This document shows positions 47,926 through 60,949 of a stretch of 64,000 nucleotides of DNA, one piece after another. Origin of the DNA: Takakia lepidozioides. Its lineage: Eukaryota > Plantae > Bryophyta. The stretch is from contig CM060732.1 of the NCBI GenBank assembly GCA_030704615.1, positions 52,638,001 through 52,702,000 of the forward strand, given 5' to 3'. The notes beneath the pieces were generated by a model that saw nothing but the letters and a program-made list of their open reading frames with translations, was not told the origin of the DNA and did no database searches. Within the stretch, counting starts at the first letter, position 1. The number at the start of each line of letters is the position of its first letter. The translations under genes were made by a program, and so were the position numbers.

Positions 47926-48528
47926 TAAGCCGTTTAAGAAATTTAGTTGCTTGGTAGGAACAATTGTATTCTAAATATACATGTGGGACAAACTAATGTA
48001 GAAACACAAAGAAAAAACAAAGTGGCTCTCTTCCTTATGGTTAGGACCTATTAGAGTGTCATGATGATGATATATGTTGGTAGCAAAGAATGTAATTAGA
48101 TAATTTAAAAGCAATAAATACAGATTTATGGTCCGTCCAATATGCTTATGTAATGCTAGATATGCCGTGTTGCTGAGGTGCATACATGGATAATTTTTTA
48201 CTCGTTCGAGATTTTTAGAGTGCAAAACAAAATCTATATCCATGTTCAAGAAGTAATTTGTGTATAAAATGTAATGATTATAAGTCTTTTTATTTTTATT
48301 AGATTAATCTTAGTTAGATTTGATAAACTATAAATAATATTGCATAAAAAGTGGTGAAAATATATATTACTAATAATAAATATAAAATACATATCGTCAT
48401 GAGTCAGAATTGTCAATTATAAATGACATTACATAAAAGCATGTGAATTATAATGAAAACCTTAAGAGTATATGAAATTTAACGTAAATGTTAGTTAACT
48501 TAGTGGATGTGAAATGATATATAAATTG

Positions 48529-49560
48529 ATGGAGCTAAAGGGACCTGAAGGGATCTAAGATCTGGAAAACAATTGAGGTTTTGAAAAGTTGCAAATATAT
48601 GGATATTACAAGACTGAAAAAATATTTAATAATTAAATATCTAAAATTAAAAAAATCACCTACATTCATTTCAGAAAAACATATATAATAAAATGAAAAA
48701 AAAATGGAGTTGATAAATATGAGTATTTTATTCTACAGATAAAAAATTATTGATTAATTATAATCTTTTAAAAAACTAAGTTCTTCATTTGCTACTTAAT
48801 ATTATTTTTAAAAATAGTTTCTTATTTGTATGTAGATTAATGGATCTAAAGGAACCTGAAGGGATCTAAGATCTGAAAAAAACTAAAGGTTGCAAAAAGC
48901 TTAAGAAATGTGGATATTACTTGACAGGAAAAATCCTTTAATGATTAAATATATAGAATGAAAAAATCACCTACATTCATTTTTTTAATATATATAATAA
49001 ATTTAAAAATTGAAGATTGATAAATATGAGTACTCTATTTTATGGCATGAAAATAAAAATATTTGGAAATGGGATGGTGAACCACTAGCAATGTCAAGTT
49101 AGTTTTGTGATTAATGTTTTGCGTTGGACAACTAAAGTATCATGCTGTTAAATGCAAAAAAATAGTGAAAACTGATGTCTACACTATGTACAAAATAACA
49201 TATTATTAACTATAGCATTGTAAAGACGTATGCATGTTGCACAATTACCATGAGTGAAAACCAACAGGTCTGAAACACATCTAAACTTGTATCATTGTGA
49301 ATCAGACGAAAGCTGATAACTACACAATAGATATCAGATTGGTATAATGCTGTGAAATGAAGAGAAATAGATGAAACTGATGTCTACACTATATATAAAA
49401 CAACATACTATTAACTACAACATTATGAAAACATATGCATACTGTACAATTATTATGAGTGAAAACCAACAGGTCTGAAACACATCTAAATGAAAATTCA
49501 AACTCTATGTTCATTGAAACCAAACTTGTATCATTGTGAATTGGAAGAAAACTGATAATA
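48529..49560. repeat. AT-rich region with two imperfect direct duplications
   Basis: ~210-bp unit near 48529 and 48841 (ACCTGAAGGGATCTAAGATCTG); ~150-bp unit near 49167 and 49373 (TGAGTGAAAACCAACAGGTCTGAAACACATCTAAA). Confidence 0.85.
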
Positions 49561-50330
49561 AAAGTAAAACAATGTCAAATCTGCATTTTCAAATATGTCA
49601 TTTTGTAATTAAGTCAAAAACATAGGATTAGAACTTACAATTTGGATATCTTCACAACTAATGCCATCGGCAACTTTCAGCTCATACTTGTTGTCAATCT
49701 GCCCACGGACAGATATCACAACCACCGCGAGAGTGGAGGTGACAAATTTCTCTTCCGTGCGTGATACAAATTTAGAGATTGATTCTGTTGGAAAGAAATA
49801 GAGCTCCACCGCAAGAACAAATGGAGGAAGTTGTGGCAAAACTAATTCTTATTGTCACGTCGCTATCCCCTTTCTCCCACTTCTGTTTAGGGCGCAAGCT
49901 AAAGTTCTCACTCCTCAATGTTGCCTCTTTGCCACTGATGGTGATTGTGACAGTCTGGATGTCATATTTACATCAGCATGAAGGTAAGAAAATGCAGAAA
50001 ACTCTATGTTAGTCTTCTCAAAGTTTTTATACATGCTCAAAGCAATACACTCAAAGGTTACATCTCTTACACTGTAATCAAGATCATCTACAGTAAAAAA
50101 AGGTCGGTTGCATCTCACAGCCATCACAGTATCTGAGCCATCACAGTATCTGAAAATACAAGATTACCTGAAAGCAACGAAGTCAAGGCTGGAAAGAAAT
50201 AGTAGCTAAACAATTTATGCTTCATACCTTCTCTACTCACATAATCAGCAATGTGTCTTAAACACAATCAGCTAATTCTCTAAATTTTAAGGACCTTGAA
50301 AAAAACAAAAAGTGAGACCAAATTATTATG

Positions 50331-51050
50331 TACACTGCTGTAACTACAATCTTATACACACTTCCGGGAAGAGATCCACGGACCACCCAAGCACCCATCA
50401 TCACTCATTCTCCTATGTGAACATCATTCTAGACCTTCTCAGGCCTAGCCATCCGTCTATATCAGGACTATCTATTTGTCTTCGCCATTAGCCCCAAAAT
50501 CACATTATCTTGTCTTGTTAGACCGCCTCTTCGTTCATTCGGTTGTAGTCAGACTTGCTAACAGCTGCTCACAAAGTAGTTTGACTGAACCCATTCCGCG
50601 TTCTTCTCAATAGGAGTTAGGTACCTGATAGCTGGCTTTCCCCTCCCAAAGATCAATAATTTTCCTAAACGATATCAAAATCTCAAAGGAAAATCCAATT
50701 TGAAATCTTTTCTTTCGTAAGTGGCCTTTGAGTCTGGAAAGTGTAGCCATTTGATGAAATATTCAGCCCAAGATCATTTGCGCATATATTTATGTGAGTT
50801 TCCAAAACTAGCTTAGGTTCTCTTGTGCCACTTGAGGTAGTCTACTTAGCAAAATATGAGTTGGATCTCAATGTACCTTCTCAAAAGGTTGACATGAAAA
50901 ATATTATGAATCACCCAAAGAGAAGGCAAGTCCAATTCACAAGTACCCAAGCCTGCGTTTTAAAGCTTGAAATGGACCACAAAATCTAGAGACAGCTTAT
51001 ATAACGTTTCTCCCAACTTCAAATAGTTTCTCTTAGGGGCAACGTTCATA
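50331..51050 (-). mobile_element. Highly decayed Ty3/gypsy chromovirus 3' remnant (integrase C-terminus, chromodomain, PPT, probable 3' LTR)
   Basis: Frameshifted FCGPFQ, ELDLPSLWVIHNIFHVNLLRRY and EYFIKWLHFPDSKATYE, then purine tract GGGAGGGGAAA near 50636-50646 and LTR-like sequence. Confidence 0.75.
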
Positions 51051-52139
51051 TTAATCTTATATCAATTAACACCATATCCAGAAGCAAATTCATGGAAGTG
51101 GCAAATTCTATGTATTCTTGTGCATTTCACCAAGTCTAATACAGAATAGGTACCTATAAATTTAGGGGGTACTGCATCTGCATGAATAGTGCAGTAATGA
51201 TTGTTCATGACCTGAATTCGATCATGCCAGAAATTTAGGAGCAATCAACCATGGTCCACATCTGGTACTAGCTTTACAACTCAAAACTGCTCAAAAAAAC
51301 CACATCTGCATTAAGTAACTTATGTACAATGAGATGTTCAGCCTTGGCATTATACACACAATGTAAAATTCATGCAAGCAATTGAACAATGTTCTTATTA
51401 TAATTGAACAATGTTCCTCATGAATTGTTAGCTTGTAAAACAAAACCTTTGTCTAGAAAAATGAAATTGATCTTCTGAATTTTGAAAATAGACTTGGAAT
51501 GATCCATTTTCCATCAGCTCTCCCACATTTGCACTATAAAAAAGTACCCTAACCACAGAATTTTCATACCACTCGCCGAATTTTTTTCACACAGTGGGGT
51601 ATCTATTGTTCATATCATGGACACCTTTCTAATTAGCACAGCACTAGAGCAAGACTTACTTAGTCCACTAGTTTGGTGTGTGTGTCTGTGCCTTGCCTGT
51701 GCCTAACCCAGGTGTCGATCTAGGGTTAACATTGGACACATTCCAATGGAAAGTAGGAGTCTTTCAGAATGAAGAGGCACCATAATTGAATATGCTTATA
51801 CTTACTCAGCTGTAGGAGTCATATATATATATGTAACGTCTCCCGAATGTAAAGTATGGTCTCTTAACCTCGTTCAGGACTAGGTACTGTCTATGACAGT
51901 ACATGTTACTGAGGTGTTGTGAGTCTTCAAGTTCAAGGCCGACTGGTCAGGCAGTGGCTGCCCTCTTGAGGCGATTGCAGCTGAAGAAGCAAGGACACGA
52001 CAAATATAACAAGTCTGACAAGATTGGCATGAGGCCATCACAAATTGCTACATCCCATTCCCAAGCCTGCAAACATTGAACCCCACTCACCCAAATGGAT
52101 GTTTTAATCCTAGGCTTATTTAGCACACTCGCTGAACAT

Positions 52140-52480
52140 GCTCAAAGAGACAAATGATGCAGGACATAGGGCGGGGTCGGAAAGGAGGCAAGGGCGCAGC
52201 TGCATTGTGGTGGACAACCAGGTGCAGACATTTGTTGTAGAAGACTTGCATCCACAAACTGAGGTTATATATGCTACGCTGAAGGGCAGATGAAAGTCCA
52301 GGCTGGGTATGACATGCCTGACAGCCGCTTTGTGTTGCATGATGTGGAGGAGGAGCAAAAGGAAATTTTTCCAAGTTACCACCACTGCAGTGAGAAGCTG
52401 GCAGTTGCTGTCGGGCAACAACCTTTGTGTGACATGTGGTGACTGCCACACTGCCACCAGTTCATCTCGAAGATATCCTG
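52140..52480 (+). pseudogene. DYW-domain pseudogene fragment
   Basis: Frameshifted [62 protein letters not shown]. Confidence 0.85.
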
Positions 52481-52649
52481 CCATCTTTGTAGTCCACGTA
52501 AGATATCTCTTTCAATCCTGAACTTTGTCAAACGCCAGGAGTGCATCCTTCACACTTCCTCACTGGCATACATACTGTATTGACATCAGGGTGTTGAGTA
52601 GGAAGATGTCTGGCTTGAATCCACTTTTGATAATGAGGGCATGCGCGTG
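52481..52649 (-). pseudogene. PPR L/S-motif pseudogene fragment in opposite orientation to the DYW fragment
   Basis: HALIIKSGFKPDIFLLNTLMS...GSVKDALLAFDK...RDILTWT with indels and a stop. Confidence 0.75.
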
Positions 52650-54802
52650 TTACGTTCGACACATGTCATGAATTTCCAGAACTATCTGAGTAGATATTGT
52701 CAAAGACGTCTAGAGCAGCAGGAGCCCACAGCCAGATCATTATGCTGTCTGTGGCCAAACTTTGAGAGTTACCTCCGTTAATTAGTTTGCCCAATTAAGT
52801 TCGTAGAGCTGCAGGTTGGAATTACCTCTCACAACTGTACATAGGAATAACTTCTAAGAGCTCCAGCTCTGGTGCTGCACAGTAGTACACGCCACTACAT
52901 ACAAAAATTAGAAGAAAGTTACTCGATCACGTTTGCACCAATATATAATTGGAATCACGATTCACACAATCTACAATTTAGTAATGCGTACATTGAATCC
53001 TGAATGCCTGAAGGACACGCGGAGCTGTGCAACGAGTTTAATATTCAATCTTGAGCATAGACTCACGCGTTACAGTCTGCTTATAACATGCGGTCAATCG
53101 GTGGATCTGGCACGTTGTAAGCATGCTCCTCGGCATGCTCAAGGCACATGGGTGCTTGGTTGCTTTCTTTCTTTGCTTTCCTACAATGCACATGTTCAGG
53201 ATGTTGCGTGCATATGCTTGAACATTCGGTGAGACAAGAATTTGATTCTATAAGTAGGTATATGTACATAACTGAGCAAGTCACAAGTGTAGAGACTGCG
53301 TGGATCTGGATCGCCAATACTGGCGGACAATCTGTAGACTAACTTATAATCAATTATGTAGTTGCAAACTGTATAATCGCGATCACAACTTTTCGGACCT
53401 CAACACTATATGTGTGCTTGTTCTCAATTTTGCACCGTGACATCATTTCTCGATTTCGTGCAATTGATCTATGGAGACTCAATCGAGTCGCCTTTGCCGC
53501 CTTCGCAGAGGACTGCCCACAAACCATGTCTCCAGCTCCACCTTATCAGAGTTCCGAATGACAAATGTCGGCCAGGCCGTGCAAACAGGAAGCATTCAGT
53601 AATCTCACTGACCTCGCCCAGACTTCAACATTCTAAATTAAGAGTGGCAACCAACTGTATCGTCACAGAACGCTCTCTGACCGTTACTCAAGCACGAGTT
53701 CACATGTGTGTGGCCCACTCGTGCACAGTGTGATTCATCGCAAAGAGCAAGAGTTAGCGGCTCCAGATGAGCAGGATTGCTCGGCTCTCCCTGTTCAGGC
53801 ACCGCCAGCGTTTTTGATTCTTTGCGAATGTCATACGGTGCCGCTGCTGGGCACATGTTTTCAATCCACAGAACAATTTAAGGAAATTAAAACACTGGTC
53901 AGTCTTGCACAAAGTAAAATTTACAAAGCACCAGTTGGGTTGGGGTTTGGTTTTTGGACTGGGAAAAACTGGAAGTCACAAAATTTTCCTTACAGGCCTG
54001 AACGCCTGAACGTCTGAACCACATACTGTGTGCTCAATCAGCATTTTCATCAGAAAGTTCTGCGATTGAGCACAATACAAATCATAAAGCTTGAATCCCT
54101 TGAAATGTATATGCGAATATAGATCAACCGTCAAAAACATTTCTACCTGGCATCCTTCGAAGTGCATGCAGGGTGGTGAATCTTCAAAGTTTTCTGAAGG
54201 GCATATTCGAGAACCCATCTCCTTGAAAGACGCAGTCCTGCATCACATCGAGATAAGAGCCGTGTGAACTCGTATATATAAGCACTTAATTTGATTCCTT
54301 ATGAAAAGATCAACATGTGCAGATGTAAGTGTACATTGTTTTTAACACAAAGATACCCAAAGAGAGCTTCAATCCCGGGCAACCGACTCTGCATCGAGAG
54401 GTGTGCATAAAACTGCAACGTGTTCGGTGGGTGCAGCTCAATAAAGGTTGGTGCCCATGCAGTGAGCTCAGCTGTCGAACCAAGCATAGGCCCTGCGCTT
54501 TGTTGCTGCTTCTGCCTTTCTTTATAAGGAGACCAGGCTCCATTGATCATCTCCACAATGATCGACTCTTAGATCTGTCTAAGCTCGCTCTTTCACCGAT
54601 CTCAATGTTCTTCATGTCTTTGGCTAATTTCGTCGGGCTGCATCTACAGCTATCCTTCTCTCTCACTCTCTCTTCTCGACCACATCTTTCTCTGTTCCCG
54701 AAGACCTCATAGTCTCTCATCGAGTCAGTCCCGTCCGACGCTCCGAACACTCTAAAAGAGCTCCAGCTTGGGTAAGCGTCGAACGACACCAGCGCTGTCC
54801 AG

Positions 54803-56029
54803 ATGGCGGAGTCCCTTGCTCATACAATCTCCTCCAGACACCTTGATTCGGGAGTCGTGTCTTGCAACTACCATGCTATTGCCAACAGGAGGATCAAGCT
54901 GGTGCCACCGAATGTGACTGGGCTACAAAGGCTAGGGTCGACACACCTTTGGATCTCAAAACCAGTGCCCACCCCCCTCAGCACCGATAAAGGGTTCGTG
55001 GCGCCTTCCGCCATCACTACAACAGAAAGGGAAACTAGCAAGCGTGACGACCAGTGGCTGCTCGGCCGCCTCCGTAATATATCCTTCGCTGCCGAAGACC
55101 GAAGTGAAATGCATGCCATGATCAGTATCCAAAGAGACAATTGGAACAAACTCTGCCACACAACAGTGACTATGACCACCATCGCCGCCGCAATGCTAGC
55201 CTCCATGAATGGAGGAGAGGCCATCAGCATGTCTTTGGCAGCGTTCCTTCTCAATGGAGGTACCGCTGGATTCGTGCTATTCATGAACAAGTTTCAACCT
55301 TCGCAGCTTGCAGAGGATCAGCGAACAGCGGCTCGCTTCTTCAAAATGCTGGCTAAGGATATAAAGGCGACTTTAAGGATAGAACCACGACTGCGAGAGG
55401 ACGCGCAGCTGTATCTGGAGGCGAAGGTAGCCCGGCTTCAGGCCCTGCATAAGGCATTCCCTCTTCCTTTGACACCCGACGGCCTGGAGAAATTCCCGCA
55501 AACAGTAAAACCCTGCCCCGAAGTGGATCTGACAAAACCTGAAATCCCTCCGAATCACAGTAATGCGTGGACAGAGTGCGTTTCCGACGACCTCAGACAC
55601 ACTGTAGAGAAAGCGAAGAAATCGGACATTGAAGAATATATCGGCCGAGCCAAGAAAAGGGAGCGTGACAACAAAAGGTTCGCCATTGCAGCCCCCTCCT
55701 TAACAGCTACTGCAGCTCTTTTCTGCATACTTCACTGCATCCCAGGACTTCATATGTCATGCATTGCTGCAGCCTGTAGCATTCTCGCCATGTTTGCAAA
55801 CACATTCTCTCAAGCGAGGCAGATCGGAATCGAGATGTATCGCATCTGCGCTGGACCGTGTTATGCCGATATGGACTGTAGCTCCACACAAAGAACACAT
55901 CGGCTGCCTGTTGATCAACGTGAGGATGGAGCAATCTTCCACCACAAAATTGCGAGTCTGCAGCTGGGACGCAGAGACCGAATACCTTTGGTGGGTGTGG
56001 AAGATAGCGGGGAGATCTGCTACAGCTAG
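54803..56029 (+). CDS. At4g22030/PIG93-like protein, copy 3 (408 aa, inverted, diverged, possibly decaying)
   Basis: Same family motifs; several small indels in conserved blocks (IGMIFEMY to IGIEMY) and an altered C-terminus, but the frame stays open. Confidence 0.8.
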   Translation: MAESLAHTISSRHLDSGVVSCNYHAIANRRIKLVPPNVTGLQRLGSTHLWISKPVPTPLSTDKGFVAPSAITTTERETSKRDDQWLLGRLRNISFAAEDRSEMHAMISIQRDNWNKLCHTTVTMTTIAAAMLASMNGGEAISMSLAAFLLNGGTAGFVLFMNKFQPSQLAEDQRTAARFFKMLAKDIKATLRIEPRLREDAQLYLEAKVARLQALHKAFPLPLTPDGLEKFPQTVKPCPEVDLTKPEIPPNHSNAWTECVSDDLRHTVEKAKKSDIEEYIGRAKKRERDNKRFAIAAPSLTATAALFCILHCIPGLHMSCIAAACSILAMFANTFSQARQIGIEMYRICAGPCYADMDCSSTQRTHRLPVDQREDGAIFHHKIASLQLGRRDRIPLVGVEDSGEICYS

Positions 56030-56441
56030 CTCTGATCTCTGTTGTCATGCAGTTACACAAAGTTTTATGCTGATCCATCTGCTCTCTGCCAAATGTATGT
56101 GCACAAATTTTGTTGGAGAAGGTATTGCAGATCACATCACAGGCTCAGTGTAGTGAGGAGGTAGTGAGAGGAAAACTCAACCTCTACCTCGGCCTTATTA
56201 GACCCGAGAACAAGGCTCACTCCTGCCTAAGGGAAGGGCGAGAAGATGACAGTATGCAGAGTGAGGTAATGAGGATTTGAACACAGAATCAAATACGACG
56301 GCATGGCACTATGTGCTTCCAATTGTTATGTTTCAGTGGTGGAACATACTTTATAATCATATTTTTTTTCAATCCAAGATTGTCCATTTGTAAGATATGA
56401 TTTCTGAATGTTTAATTAGAATAACCAATAAGGTTTCGGAT

Positions 56442-56527
56442 GAGGTAAGTTACTCACAAGCCTTTTGGTTGAAAGTTGTATGAGGAGGTAAGTTACTCAC
56501 AAGCCTTTTGGTTGAAAGTTGTATGAG
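56442..56527. repeat. 43-bp perfect tandem duplication
   Basis: GAGGTAAGTTACTCACAAGCCTTTTGGTTGAAAGTTGTATGAG twice. Confidence 0.95.
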
Positions 56528-56777
56528 CCCCGATTCCTGCTCCCACTAATGATTTTGTTCCTGGATAGCAACACCTCTAGGGGGCAAGTAGCAAGGGTAG
56601 AGTGTGCCTACTTAGAAAAGGGGATCTCACGGTAGAGGACTATGGATCCTTCAGGATGATTCTCCTGACTCATGTGCACAAAGTTCTTCCTGGTTTCTAC
56701 AACATCTACACTAAACATGGAGCTCCATCCACGGGAGGTTGATATCATTGATGTTACAAGCCCTAATGCTGGAAATG

Positions 56778-57502
56778 TGTCGCAGCCCTTTGCTTTGAGG
56801 GCAGGGGGTCGGGGCACAAGAGGGGCTACCCTGTGGTGGGAGCAGTGGCAACAATAGGGACGGGGGCTGAAGCACCCTTGAGTGCCCAAGGCACTCAAGG
56901 AGGCGGAGGCGCTCACTAGGTGGAGCCCCACACATCGGGTTGCGGTGGGGGTGGTGCCACGAGGGGTGGTAGTAGCTTAGTGGGTCTTAGTGGGGGTGGC
57001 ATAGGACTCACCATGGGGCGGAGACCTTGTGGTGGGAGTCGTGGGGAGTCTTGGGACTCATCACGGTCCAATGGGGCCGTGGTGGGTGGGCCAAGACTCA
57101 CCGCGACTCATCACTGGGAATCGAGGGTCTTCGTGGTGCTTCGCCATAAAATGACTGGGTTGTTTTCGAAACCCCCGCGGACAGTCATAGAAGTATATAT
57201 ATGGAGTAGTAACCCCGAGAACGGTGCAAGCCCGTTGGTGACCAAAAACTAATGACTAAGTGACAGAGCCACAAAGCGACCAAGATGTGGGGAGCTATTC
57301 CGGACTGCCAACAACCAAAGGGAATTTTCACTAGGCACGGAGCGAGCGAGGGTCTTGTGGAGGAGCAAAAGGGGGACCATTATGTCCCGGTGAGCAGCCG
57401 AAGCTCCGAGTTGGCCCGGCGGCCAGTTTGGGAGTTAGGCGCGCGCATGAAAGCGAGTAACTATAACTTGAAGGGGAGCTTACCGAAGTGAGGTGCGCGA
57501 CA
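56778..57502 (+). repeat. 5' LTR (725 bp)
   Basis: TGTCGC...GCGACA inverted termini; TATA-like GTATATAT near 57192; followed by the PBS after 2 nt. Confidence 0.8.
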
Positions 57503-57504
57503 CT

Positions 57505-57517
57505 TGGTATCAGAGCC
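57505..57517 (+). other. Primer-binding site complementary to initiator tRNA-Met
   Basis: TGGTATCAGAGCC. Confidence 0.92.
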
Positions 57518-59098
57518 TAGAGTTCAGTACGCGATTGTCCTTGAGATCGGCCTCATCATAGGATCGGACGAGACAAAGCGAAAGCGGAACGGCCCGAAAG
57601 ATGATGATCCTGGTGAGCCTGGTGGGGGCGACATGTCACCGAAGCGGCAATTGGAAGAAGCGATTCATGTTTCTGAAAGCGAGGCCGCTCAAGAACGGGA
57701 GGAATTTTGGGAGTCGGAGCCCGAGGACTTCCCCGAGGCTCCGCGGACACCTTCGAGGGCGTCCGAAATCGGAAGGCACTCACCACCTGGTTCTTGGAGC
57801 TGAAGCAGTACTTCCGGGCAGCCAAGTTCAGTGACGAGGATCAGGTGGAAGTGGCTCCCACTTATTTGAGGGGCTATGCTCAACAATGGTGGCAGAAATG
57901 CCTTCATGACCAAGGTCCAAACCCAGAAACCTTGAGCTAGAGTGGGTTCAAGGAACTTATGAAAAGACAGTTTGTGCCCATCAACGCGTCTTGGCTCGCC
58001 CGGGACAAGATGAGGAATTTGAAGCAAACGGATGACATTCAAGGATATGTTCAGGCTTTCAATGTGCTGTTGCTCGAAGTCACGAATATAGCGGAACCAG
58101 AATTGGTCTTCAACTTTGTGGTGGGCAGCTAGGTGGAAGTTGGAGGAGAAACCAGATAAGACTTTGAACGAGGCAATTGAAAAGGCTGAATGTTTCTCGG
58201 ATGTCCCTAGGGGCGAAAGACAAGGCTGTACGGAGCTGAACCACAAGAAGGCACGGCGGGAAGGTGACTCCTTCCGACCAGAAAAGAAGTGGGATAGGCC
58301 ACGCGGCGACAATGGCACATGGAAATCGAAGGGAGGGCCTTCACACGTCAAGGCGGCACCCGGTGCTTAAAAAAAAACATCAGGTGTGGCGGCTTATGGC
58401 GGACAGAATGCGACCTTCGATGGAGTGTACTTTAATTGCGGGGAGCCCGGGCACATGGCCAAGAAGTGCGCAAAACCCCGACAATTGAACGTGACTCGGG
58501 CGACCATGGAGCTGTCCGAAGAGTCCATCATCCGCTTGGTGGAAGCGGTGGTCGCCAAGACTTGCAAGGTAGACAACTACTCTTGTGAGTTGTATTAAGA
58601 TAGTAGTGTCTTGCGTAAAGGGAGTCAGTTAATGTTCGTGAGTGGGATAATTTCCGGAACTAAAGTGTCGTTGTAGGTGGACACAAGAGCGTCGCACTCC
58701 TTCATGACACCGGCAACGGCTCGGAAGCTGGGGCTCCCGACAAGTGATGTGGGGGCCTCTATTGAAGTGCGTTCTGCCAAAAGAGAACCACAACTGGCGA
58801 TGAGGTTTGGCGTTCGATGTTCTTCTTCAACTCGGGAATTGGGATGGAAGTGAGAACTTCATCATTTGCGAGATCGATGGAGTGGATCTCATTTTGGGGA
58901 TGACCTTTTTGAGCAAATCCGGAGCGGTTATAGATGGCCGCAAGAGAATAGTCACGCTACCGTGTGGGAATAATGGCGAAGTTTTACGGGTGTTGGAAAC
59001 GCCCAATCGAGTGGGAGGGTGAATAAACTTGCTGTCAGCAAAGGAGTGGGCCGTGGAGGAGCCACACGAACCCCATTTTTGCTTTACGTAAGACAAGT

Positions 59099-59946
59099 CA
59101 CTACAACAGATTGCGGTAGTTATAACTGCCAAACCGTGGTAGTCATGGTTTTCTTGACTTTGACCATGACTGTACCATGTTTTTATATAAAATTGACCTC
59201 CCGCAATCGTTCATACGACTGTAGTCATACGAACGACTATCTAAGTAGTCGTCTGTATGACTACATGGCTCCGGAATGGGCGGAAGGTTGGTCAACGGCA
59301 ATTGACCAGATTTAGCTCACCATTCATAGTCATTTCCATTACTACAGTGTACATGGATGAGGTTACATAGTCATGATGACTACTGGGGATTTTGTAATTT
59401 GGTGTGTATAATACAATTAAAACATCAAATAATCATATGAATGACTAATGGGTGTATTGGTTAGCAGGTAGTGAACTATAACTCTTATAGTAAAGAGGTT
59501 GCAGGTTCAAACTCCTATAAGTATAATCAAATGGATAAGATGGCCCTAGGGTTAATAGGTGAGCAAGGGATAGCACGTGGTACCCTAGATGGGTTGCCAC
59601 GTGATTTTTTCATTATTATAAAATGCATTATGCCACGTGGCACAATGCGGTGCGACGCGGCGTCTGACATATCTTTTTAATTTTTTTAGTTTTTTAATTT
59701 AATTTAAAAAATTTAATCAATTGCGCCTCGCCACGTGGCGCGGCAGCGGCGACTGCAGTATGGTATATATGACTGCAATGAGATATATCACTTGGTTCAT
59801 CTGACTGTAGTCATCCGGACCGTACCATCATGTACTCATTGTATTCACTTGGTTTGCACGACTTACAGTCATAGAAGTCATATGTACCGTTTATGACTAT
59901 AGAATAGTCATATATACAGTCATAAATACCGTGATCTGTTGTAGTG
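59099..59946. mobile_element. Non-autonomous CACTA (En/Spm) element, 848 bp, nested between gypsy protease and RT
   Basis: TIRs CACTACAACAGAT / ATCTGTTGTAGTG, 3-bp TSD AGT, many subterminal ATGACT/AGTCAT motifs. Confidence 0.95.
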
Positions 59947-60449
59947 AGTGGAAGGAAAAGTCGATATGGAGCCGAGCCCAGATTGGATCAAGGAGATCTT
60001 GGAGAAATATCAGGATGTGATGCCGGAGGATTTACCAAGCGGCTTATCACCGCGAAGAGGAGTTGACCACAAGATAGAGGTGATACCGGGATCGGAGCCG
60101 CCTTCCAAGGCGCCCTACCGGTTGAGCCACAGAGAGTTGGTCGAGCTGAAGGCCCAGCTCAAGGTTCTAATGTCAAAAGGGTACATCCGGCCGAGTAAGT
60201 CACCATACGGAGCCCCGGTGCTATTCGCAAACAAGAAGGATGGGATGTTGCGGATGTGTCAATTACAGGGCTCTGAATAAGATGACTATAAAAAACCGGT
60301 ATCTTTTGTCAAGGATCGACGACCTCCTCGGTCGGTTGGCAGGAGCAAAGTATTTCAGCCGGATCGATTTACGCTCGGGTTACCATCAAATCCGAGTGGC
60401 GGAAGGAGATGAGGAGAAGATTGCGTGCAAGACAAGATATGGTTCATAT

Positions 60450-60949
60450 CAGTGTTGGACTGGTATCAAGTTTTTTACATACCAGACTGCTCCAAACGCA
60501 TCACAAAACTTTCATACCAGTCTGGTCTATATAATAGTGGATGTATTTTTTTCCACATACTGGTATGAATATGAGTATCATGACTACAATACCAGCTGGT
60601 ATGAGATATCAACTCTGGTATCATTCCAAAGCCATCTTGAGCTACAAATGTGTCAAATGGCAAGTATTAAGTGAAAACAAATAAAATATATATAAAGAAA
60701 TAAATATACTTAAGTACAAATATATAGGCAGATGTACACATAAATTACTTCAGTATACATACCAGAGTAAATTAGGAAGAAGGTGGGGGAGTACTGGTAT
60801 TGTGGCTGGTATGAAAGATTTGATACCAGCCTGGTCTGGTATATGACCAAGTACTCTCCCAAATGATACCAGACTGGTCTGGTATCTAATACCAGTGCAT
60901 ATACCAGTATTATATATCAGTCCTTCACCTATATATCAGTTCAACACTG
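60450..60949. mobile_element. Non-autonomous hAT element, 500 bp, nested in gypsy RT
   Basis: TIRs CAGTGTTGGACTGGTAT / ATATCAGTTCAACACTG, perfect 8-bp TSD GTTCATAT, many ATACCAG/CTGGTAT subterminal motifs; removal restores KTRYGSYEFLVMSFGL. Confidence 0.95.
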
